Of a stretch of DNA of 28,837 nt, positions 20,825 to 28,837 are shown in pieces. The stretch is taken from the NCBI GenBank assembly GCA_000388065.2, contig KB932202.1; one strand, given 5' to 3'. Position 1 is the first letter of the stretch. Every line of letters starts with the position of its first letter. The stretch is from Fonticula alba ATCC 38817 (taxonomy: Eukaryota; Protista; Nucleariida). Under the pieces are notes generated by a model. It was not told the origin of the DNA. It saw only the letters and a program-made list of their open reading frames with translations, and searched no databases. The position numbers and the translations under genes were made by a program.

Positions 20825-22436
20825 AGGTGGCGGTGGCCGCGCCATCGGGTCCGGCCCAGATGAGGTTGGCCCAGGCCAAAGCACGAGTCTTCAAGCCCTG
20901 GAGGAGGGCCAGGCGCTGGCAGGCGCCGCCAGCCGGCCCGGCCGGGCCGCCCACCGGCAGGTCGGTCATCCGGGACCAGGCAAGAACATCGGCCATGATG
21001 GCCGGGTCATCCTGCTGCTCGTCGGCCAGCAGGACCCAGGGCCCGGGGAAGTTCAAGCCCGGGCCGCTGGCCGCGGTGAGGCCCAGCTGCGAGGCCGGCA
21101 CAAAGTGGAAGAGCATGAAATCCCGGAAGGGGGGCGCGCTGACCAGGGCCTGGATCGAGGCAGCCAGATAGCAAGTCGAGCCCAGGTTGCGCAGGGCAGC
21201 CGTCGGGCGCCGGTCGGCCCCGGTCAGCATCGGCGGCAGAGGCGGCAGCGGGGCCTGGCCCGCATGCCGCGAGGCCCGGCTCAAGCCACGCCTGGGTGGC
21301 AGCAGGTCGGCCTCGGACGGCGAGCCATCGGTCTGGCCGCCGGCCGGGGCCGGTGCTTCGGCCGAGGGAGCCGACATGGCCGCCGATGAAGCACGGCATC
21401 GGTCGAGGACCTCCACAAATGCAGCACCAAGGGGAGAAAGGAAATCCGGCGACGGGGCAAGCACCGCCCCGGCCGGTGGCTCATCCAAGGGCGCGACCAC
21501 GGTGAATGCCGGATTGAAGAGGGCCGGGCCAGACGCCGCATGGGCGTCCACCGGGCACGGGGAGGCGGAGAGACGCCGACCGCGGCCGGTGGCAGTCTGC
21601 CGAGATGAGGCCGCGTGTGCGTGCCCCTGGCCGGCGGTGCGCGCGCGTTTGTACCGGCGCCGACGCCCACGCGGACCGTCGGAGTAGTCCGCGTCGCTGT
21701 CCTCATCATCGCTGGTGTCCTGGTACTCATGGTCAGTGCCATCCTCCTCGTCCTCTTCGTGGTCGTCATCATCGGCCGAGGAGGAATACCGGTGGAAGTG
21801 GTGGTGGTGGTGGTGGTGGTGCGAGTGCCGGGACCGCCGGCGGTGGTGATAGTCCTCCTCGGGATCTTGGGCGTCGATGGGGGCCTCGGGAGAGGGCGAG
21901 CGCTCGGACATGCTGGCGGCAGCGGCAGGGCCAGCCTCGCTGCCGGAGCCGGCCCCGGGATCGGCTTCGAATCCGACCAAGTGGACCATGTGCGCCGTGT
22001 CAATGGGCAACGTGCGGATCTCATGGAGCGAGTCCGGCGGCGGGGGGACCTGGTGGTCCGGGGCATTGGTGTCGCCATCCGAGGGCATGGGAGCGGCTTC
22101 GCCGGATGAGCCGGGCGCCTCGGCTGGCCGGTGGGGCTGGCTCGGTGGGTCAATCAGACGGACGCTGCGTGACCGACTGGCAGCCAGGGGCCGGAACTCG
22201 CGCTCATTCTGCCGCCGGGAGTGGGCCACATCGTCCATCAGGTCAAAGAGCTGCTTCAGTGGCAGGACCGTGGCCTGTCGTGCGGCGGCGATGGCAAACT
22301 GCCGTGGCCGGTCAACCTCCACCGATGCCGGAAGGGGGACCATCGTGCTGCGGAGCACTTCGGGGGAGATGTGCATGGTGACATTGCAGGCGAGGCTATT
22401 TCCCCATGCCGCAGCCGCATCAGGCGCACCAGCGGA

Positions 22437-22492
<56 letters not shown>

Positions 22493-23978
22493 GACATGTG
22501 GCAAGAGAGGGGCGGAGCCACGAAGGGGGTCAGCTTTTGCGTCGGAAGGAGGAGGAGGAGGAGAAGGTGCGAGAAAGAAAGTGCGGTATTTCTGCGGAAG
22601 AAAAGAAGAAGAAAGCAGCGACAGGCCCCCGGACAGAAAGAGGGCGAGGGAGGGAAGGAGAGGAAGCGAGACAGGGGGGATATATGCGCCCGAGAGGCGG
22701 CGTGGCAAGCCCCATCCGCACGCGGAACTCCCCCCGGCCCCTCCCCCCCCCCCCTTTGTACCGCCCCCCCACCCCAGAACCCAAACACACATACACAAGC
22801 GCCGACCACAGGACGCGGTGGCCAAAAGAAAAAAAAAACACGCACCAGCTGATGTAGCGAGTTGCCAACGAAAAGAAGAGGCTGTGCTCGTGAAGGCGCC
22901 GTTCGAGCTCGGCGATGCGTTGTGATGACCGGGCCGCCGCCGCCGCCGCCACGGCGCCGGCCCCCTTGTCCGACCAGCGCCCGGAGGCGGAGCCAGTGGC
23001 GGTGGTGGCGGCACGAGCGGCCTGGCGATTTTGTGCGACCGTCAAACGCCGGGCCGCGGCGGCGAACTCCACATCGGCATGGTCGAGCCGGTGATTGGCC
23101 ATGTCAACGCCACAGCGCCGGGCGCCACAGCCGAGGCACACCTCGATCGATTCGGCGGTCTTGCAGTCTGTCGAGCCGGGCAGCGGTGGCCGGTCAGCGA
23201 GGGGCATTTGAGAAAGAGAGAGAGAGAGAGAGAGCGCGCGCGCGCGCGCGAGAAAGAGAGGGCGAGGGGAAGAAGGAGGCAAAGCGCGGGCACGGGCCGG
23301 GGAGCAGGATGCATAGGGGCGGCGTGCGATCATAGGGAGCGCACCTTGGCAGGTGGGTGATAGGAGCTCAACCCGGGCATTCATCTGCCGCAGCCAGGAC
23401 CGGGTCTTGGCCAGGACCGGGGCAAAATGCGGACACGGGCAGTCCGACGCCAGGTCCGACAGGCCACCGTCAGCCGGATCAGGCAGGGGGCTGGCGGCAG
23501 CCGACCGGGGAGAGTCATCGCTTGCAGAGGCCCCATCGTGGCTCTCGGGCTCATCGGCATCGCCCTCGGTGAAGTCGTCAGCATCGTTGCCACCATGATC
23601 GGGGCCATCATGGCCGTCGTTGTCGTCGGCTGTCTCACTTCCCTCCTCGGCCGGGGGTGGCCGCCTGCCAGCCACGTCCGGAGGTGTGGCGCCGGCGGCC
23701 GAACGTCCGAGCTTGCGACGGGTGCGGGGCCCTGTGGTTGAGGTGGTGGTGGTGGCGGCGGCGACGGCGGCGGCCGCACGCGCAGCCGCCACCGCGGCCG
23801 AGGACCGCCGGCGTTGAGTGCCATCGTTGTAGCGAGCCGGGGCGAGACCACGACGCGAGCGCAGCTCTCGAGGAGGCGGGGAAGGGCGCCCGGGACGAGT
23901 GGCCCGTGCGAGTGGTCGAGCATCGCCGGGCACCAGCTCCGGGCTGGTGGTTCCATCAGCTGGGGACTGTGGCTGCAT
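18345..23978 (-). CDS. Ubiquitin carboxyl-terminal hydrolase (USP, peptidase C19) with N-terminal ZnF-UBP domain, ~1441 aa. Exons 23978-23345, 23167-22846, 22395-20578, 20302-19521, 19350-19223, 19122-18647, 18510-18345
   Basis: All six introns are GT-AG with matching phases (1,2,2,1,0,2); total 4326 nt. Splicing rebuilds the ZnF-UBP ligands (CPH, CQ|DC, CLGCGARRCG, HRLDH, HEHSL, IS|CLAC) and the USP boxes: ALRNLGSTCY (Cys at 21173-21171), QQHDAHEF, LFGG..SRLCCLQC..EPFLDLSVDI, LE|DCL..E.L, WPS|ILLVHIKRF, YHLTAVVAHLGT|SAEKGHY (His at 18497-18495), WFTYDD, AYLLVY. Subfamily (USP3/44/49 versus USP22/Ubp8) is not resolved. Confidence 0.92.
19415..19463. repeat. (GC)n/(GTGC)n microsatellite in USP intron 4
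   Basis: Read directly from the sequence. Confidence 0.9.
22440..22490. repeat. (CA)~25 microsatellite in USP intron 2
   Basis: Read directly from the sequence. Confidence 0.95.
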
Positions 23979-24445
23979 CGTCGGCCGCAGTCAGGCGGAG
24001 AGCCGGTGCACGGGAACCCCAGGGGGAAGGGGGGAAGTGGCTAGATCGAGACGAGAAAAGGGGTCCAAGCGAGATGTGGAAAGGACGAAAGGGAGGAGGG
24101 GGGGGGGGCTGGGGATGGGGAGGGGGAAGAGGGGAAGGGGCGGCGTCTAGATGGCGGGGTTGCTGCTCATTGCCGATCGAAGTGGGGAATGGCCAGGAGA
24201 GACAAGGGGAGAGTGGGCCCCCCAGATGCGTCCAAGATGGCGTATTCTTCTCACACGAGGGGGATCGGGGGTGGGGGGGAGCAGAAAGCAGGAGACAGGG
24301 TGGGGAGGCGTATGTATGTGTGCGTGTGTGTTTGCGTGCGAGATCGCTGGCCGAGCGCGGGATTACACGCACACGCCCACAGGCGGAGATGAAGACGGCA
24401 GAGTTTGCCGACCAAGGGATGAGGGGGAAAGGAAGGAGGTGCGGG

Positions 24446-24493
24446 CGCGCGTGCGCACACACACAGTCACGCGCACACGCGCACACGCGCACG

Positions 24494-24534
<41 letters not shown>

Positions 24535-24570
24535 ACGCACACGCACACGCACACGCACGCACACGCACGC
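24446..24570. repeat. Compound (GC)/(CA)/(CACACG)/(CACG) alternating purine-pyrimidine tract upstream of the USP start codon
   Basis: Read directly from the sequence. Confidence 0.9.
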
Positions 24571-24793
24571 AGGGAGGCAAGAGGTGATGTGGATGGGCGT
24601 GATTGAGGGGTTGGTTCGACGTCCGCGGCGCCGGTCGGGGGGAGTGGGGGAGAGGTGGCGGATCGGGTCGAGGAGTGCTTCGGTCCAGCACCACTGGGCC
24701 AGCCGATGAGGGCGGACCCCGGCCCTGGCTCGCGGGCTGGGCCGGGGGGGGCGAGTGTGCCCGGCCAGCATCGTCCCCCCCCCCTCCCCCCCG

Positions 24794-25270
24794 CCGGGGC
24801 TGGGAGAGCACCCGCACTCACTCCCGTGGGAGCAGGCGGGCCAGCATATCAGGGGGCGCACAAGCACCCCCCGACACACCCCCCAACACCACCCCCCCGC
24901 ACTCGTCCGCCTCATTCACAGGAAGGGCGCTGGGCCGCTAGCAGCGTGCCTGGGCAAGCAGCAGCACCCCCCCTCCCCCCTCCTGCCACCTGGCCAGTTG
25001 GTGACCAGGCATAAATAAATTGCGCCAGGTTCGAGCGTCTTGCGCCTGCATGGGGGTGCATTCGGGCCGGTTGGGCCCCCTGGAGGCATGTGCCCGATCG
25101 CCCTCGTCCCTCGACCCCCTTTTGGCGGTGGAATCTGCACGTGTCTGCACCGGAGAGACCCGCTGCGATGGGGGCTCTCTCTCTCTCTCTCTCTCACCCT
25201 TTCAATCGATGAACGCTTTATGACGACCCGGCACAAAGCACCCGAGCGCACTATTCCCCCCCCCCCCCCC
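24794..25270 (+). repeat. Copy 1 of a ~475-bp direct repeat (copy 2 at 28252-28726)
   Basis: By eye 24794-24861 matches 28252-28319, and 24901-25255 matches 28358-28712 including the (CT)n length; only a ~38-nt C-rich patch differs. Confidence 0.95.
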
Positions 25271-25551
25271 ACCCCAAAAGGAAAAGGGGAAGCACGAGGG
25301 GGGGAAGGAGGCCCCCGAGCCCCAGGGACTGTTGTGGGGGGGGGGGGGGGGGGGGGCAGTGCGGCGGCGGTCCTTCCGTTACCCCCCGAAACGGGGCGAG
25401 TACCGGTACCCAACAGTGCTAAGCCGGGCCACCGCTGGCAGCACCCATCTTTCCCCGGGCCGGCTGCGCCCGGCCGCCTCTAGACCGCCAAGCCTGCTTG
25501 GCGGGTCTCCCCCCGCACAGGCGCGGCAAGGTGGGCCGGCCGGCTGGCAGG

Positions 25552-25552
<1 letters not shown>

Positions 25553-25584
<32 letters not shown>

Positions 25585-25702
25585 CAGTCCGCACCGCGTC
25601 CTGCAGTCCTCCCCTCTGAACAACAACACCGCCGCCGCACTGGCGGGCGTCCAGATCCCAGGTCCCACCGATCGCAGCCGGGCGGGGCCGCGGACCCCGG
25701 GT

Positions 25703-25758
<56 letters not shown>
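25553..25758 (+). repeat. Two long G homopolymers (31 G at 25553-25583; 54 G at 25705-25758)
   Basis: Read directly from the sequence. Confidence 0.95.
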
Positions 25759-25762
<4 letters not shown>

Positions 25763-26258
25763 CACGGCCAGGCCGGCTGCCACCGCACGGCGCCCGTACG
25801 CGCGGGTGCCGGGACCCCGGGGCAGACACCCGCCCGGCAGCTGCCAACGAACGGACCCATCGTTCTGTAAGCCATGGCCGGCGTCCCGCCCTCCGGGTTG
25901 CACGCGTGTACCCCGCGCGCCCCTGCCGGGTTGCCGGGACCGGCTCCTGTGTGCCACCCCGGTGGTTTGTGTGCGTGGGAGTGCCGGCCCAGCTCCGCAC
26001 ATGGTCCCAGGCCGCGCCGGGCGACCCCCCCGGACGCCGGGGGCTGTCGTCTTTCCTGGCGCCAGCTTCGGGCGGGCGGCGGGGGGGACACTTGCGTAGA
26101 CCCACCCGGGAGCCAAATGCAAACCCAGGAGCCCAGGCGAATTTTTGGGGACGGTGCGCAAAAGTCTATTGGGGGGGGGGGATGTTGTTGTTGTTGTTGT
26201 GCCTACTTGCCGCAGGAAGGGAGATCTGCCTGGGCGAGGCGTGCCCGTGAGGCAGCTG

Positions 26259-26595
26259 CTACGATGTCTGGGGGCTCTCGCGGTGCCGGCCGCGGTAGAT
26301 CAGCAGAGGATTGTCACCGGCGGCCGCGGAGGCGCCGTTGCCAGAATGGCCGCCGCCTCCCCTGGTGGCGGCGTCTCCTACGGCCGCCGGATGGTGCGAC
26401 AGGGCATCCAGGAAGGCTCGCTCGGCTCCCTGCTGCATGACCCACACCTTGAGTCCCGCGACGCTGGTGATCTGCGTGGCCAGGCGCGCGTCGGCGAAGC
26501 GTGTCCGGGCCTTCAGGTTCATGGCCTTGTCGTGCGTCAGCAGGATGGCCACGATGTCAATCTGCCGCCATCCAGCCGGCCCGGCATCCGGTGCA

Positions 26596-26631
<36 letters not shown>

Positions 26632-27823
26632 TTGCCGAGTGATGATGACGGCGGCTTTTGTTGCGGTGGCGGCGACGGCGATGGCTGCTGCTGCTGCTGC
26701 TGCAGGGCGGAGGCATCGTCTCCGCGACGCCGGCCAGAGCGCCGGGCGGGCGGCCCCCGGCCCGGGCTCCCTGACTGTGGCGGAGAAAAGAGCCCCAGAC
26801 GGCCCAGGGTGTGGGCCACCTCCGGCAGAGCCGGGCACGACCGCGAAGCATGGACGGCGGCGGCACCGGGGGCGCCCTCCGATGCTTGGGGGTCGGCCCC
26901 GGCAGATGGGAGATCCAGCAGCAGGGGAAGCAGATTCCACGACCGGCCCAGCAGACTGGCCAACGAGTCGGTGATGATCGTGTCCACCGGCTGGTTGGAA
27001 TCGATCGTCGTGCTGAAGGGCGACCGGCGGAAGTGGTGCAGGTGTCGGACCAGCAGCTTCTTGGTGCTATGCAGCACCGGCGGGGCCGCCAGGGCTGGCT
27101 GCTGCACAGGCACCGGCACGGGCGAGGGGGACCGGCTGTCGGCCGTCGAGCGACCAGGCCGCAAGGTGTCCTCCTCCTCCTCGCCATGGTCATCACCCCC
27201 GTCGTGCTCCTCCGGCGGGCTGTCCGCGTCGTCGTCGTCGTCGTCACCGGCAGGCGGCGGGGTGCTGCCGCCGGCACCATTGCCAGACCGAGTGCCCGGC
27301 ATGGACCGCGGCCGGCGACGACTCCGGCGCGTGTGGGAAAGCCGCCCGCCGGGCTGATGATCGGCACTCACCGGCATCCACGGCGCCCCGCGGGCAATCT
27401 TCCACACCCAATTGGACACGGCCTTCAGCTGGAGAGCCAGCTCCACGGCAAGTGGCCGGTCGCCACTGGCATTCGGAAGATCGAGAGGGGCGGCCGTCGA
27501 CATGGCCGGGTTGTCTGCCTCACCGGCGGCGGCTGCCGCCTCGGCTGCTGCCGCCGGGCCAATGTCCCGCAGGGACTTCGGCAAGGGGGGCATGTAAAAG
27601 AGCTGGCCCACAGGCGACAGGATGAACACCCCGCCGGCCGGATCGGCCGCCGTGGTGGTGGCCGCAAATTCGCTCAATGTGAAGAGAACGCCGAACACCT
27701 GTCGGGCCTGGCTATCGGATGCCTGGCCATAGTCCACCAGCTCCGAGAGGACTGCCAGCGCAGATTCGACGGTCCACCAGCCGAGCGGGAAGTCAGTGGG
27801 GCAGTTTCTCGGGGCGGGGGGGG
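26259..27823 (-). CDS. 3' part of a probable PIN-domain ribonuclease resembling the SMG6/EST1/SWT1 C-terminal PIN, with low-complexity insertions; 5' end lost in the gap
   Basis: Open frame of ~520 codons ending TAG at 26261-26259. PIN-like motifs occur in order: AVLSEL...ARQVFGVL (V..EL...AR; Glu 27743-27741), SNQPVDTII (cf. NNDDLIL; Asp 26984-26982), AILLTHDKAMNLKAR...W (cf. SMG6 VVLLTDDRNLRVKAL...W; THD 26537-26529). The first DTN motif is not visible. The call rests on motif recall, not a profile search. Confidence 0.5.
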
Positions 27824-28251
27824 NNNNNNNNNNNNNNNNNNNNNNNNNNNNNNNNNNNNNNNNNNNNNNNNNNNNNNNNNNNNNNNNNNNNNNNNNNNNN
27901 NNNNNNNNNNNNNNNNNNNNNNNNNNNNNNNNNNNNNNNNNNNNNNNNNNNNNNNNNNNNNNNNNNNNNNNNNNNNNNNNNNNNNNNNNNNNNNNNNNNN
28001 NNNNNNNNNNNNNNNNNNNNNNNNNNNNNNNNNNNNNNNNNNNNNNNNNNNNNNNNNNNNNNNNNNNNNNNNNNNNNNNNNNNNNNNNNNNNNNNNNNNN
28101 NNNNNNNNNNNNNNNNNNNNNNNNNNNNNNNNNNNNNNNNNNNNNNNNNNNNNNNNNNNNNNNNNNNNNNNNNNNNNNNNNNNNNNNNNNNNNNNNNNNN
28201 NNNNNNNNNNNNNNNNNNNNNNNNNNNNNNNNNNNNNNNNNNNNNNNNNNN
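27824..28251. other. Assembly gap (428 N), starting immediately after a poly-G run
   Basis: Run of N in the sequence. Confidence 1.
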
Positions 28252-28726
28252 CCGGGGCTGGGAGAGCACCCGCACTCACTCCCGTGGGAGCAGGCGGGCC
28301 AGCATATCAGGGGGCGCACCGGCCAACAGCAGCCCCCCCCCCCCCCCCCCCCCCCGCACTCGTCCGCCTCATTCACAGGAAGGGCGCTGGGCCGCTAGCA
28401 GCGTGCCTGGGCAAGCAGCAGCACCCCCCCTCCCCCCTCCTGCCACCTGGCCAGTTGGTGACCAGGCATAAATAAATTGCGCCAGGTTCGAGCGTCTTGC
28501 GCCTGCATGGGGGTGCATTCGGGCCGGTTGGGCCCCCTGGAGGCATGTGCCCGATCGCCCTCGTCCCTCGACCCCCTTTTGGCGGTGGAATCTGCACGTG
28601 TCTGCACCGGAGAGACCCGCTGCGATGGGGGCTCTCTCTCTCTCTCTCTCTCACCCTTTCAATCGATGAACGCTTTATGACGACCCGGCACAAAGCACCC
28701 GAGCGCACTATTCCCCCCCCCCCCCC
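28252..28726 (+). repeat. Copy 2 of the ~475-bp direct repeat; abuts the gap
   Basis: See copy 1 at 24794-25270. Confidence 0.95.
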
Positions 28727-28803
28727 GCACTCCAAAGGGACACGGGGTAGCGCGAGGTGGGGAAGGATGGCCGCGAGGCCCAGGTACTTTTTTTTGGGGG
28801 GGG

Positions 28804-28837
28804 ACACAGGGACATGTGGCAAGAGAGGGGCGGAGCC
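28804..28837 (+). repeat. 34-nt exact copy of 22486-22519 (USP intron 2), running to the window edge
   Basis: ACACAGGGACATGTGGCAAGAGAGGGGCGGAGCC occurs at both positions. Confidence 0.95.

Noticed and set aside
26311-28475. Long plus-strand ORFs (348 aa, 554 aa) over the PIN-like gene, and the MNEADECGGG start at 28376
   Set aside because: The plus-strand ORFs are antisense shadows; the 28376 start lies in the duplicated segment beyond the gap and is not linked to the ORF.
24794-28726. LTR retrotransposon
   Set aside because: No gag, protease, reverse transcriptase or integrase motifs; no visible TG...CA termini, primer-binding site or target-site duplication.
1-28837. CRISPR arrays, tRNAs, rRNA genes, prokaryotic operons
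   Set aside because: All repeats are simple tandem repeats without unique spacers, I saw no tRNA cloverleaf or A/B boxes, and the genes carry spliceosomal introns.

Overview
Very GC-rich eukaryotic nuclear DNA with spliceosomal GT-AG introns, many microsatellites and poly-G/C runs, and three assembly gaps (7952-8501, 9550-9603, 27824-28251). It looks like a unicellular opisthokont, possibly Fonticula-like; that is inference only. I can build four protein-coding genes by hand. (1) Mitochondrial import motor subunit TIM44, minus strand, 2 exons, 560 aa, with an Ala/Lys/Glu repeat region. (2) A ~1873-aa, almost wholly low-complexity C2H2 transcription factor, plus strand, 3 exons including a 19-nt micro-exon; its two fingers carry Msn2/Msn4-type (STRE-binding) recognition helices. 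(3) A ~1441-aa ZnF-UBP + USP (peptidase C19) deubiquitinase, minus strand, 7 exons, with an intact catalytic triad and large insertions. (4) The 3' part of a probable PIN-domain ribonuclease resembling the SMG6/EST1 C-terminus, minus strand, cut by a gap. Gene 4 is bracketed by a ~475-bp near-identical direct repeat, most likely an assembly artefact. The 7.3-kb divergent intergenic region holds an AT-rich island that may be a box C/D snoRNA. I found no rRNA, tRNA, CRISPR array or recognisable transposon genes, and no convincing novel multi-gene system. The interesting signals are at the level of protein architecture and splicing.
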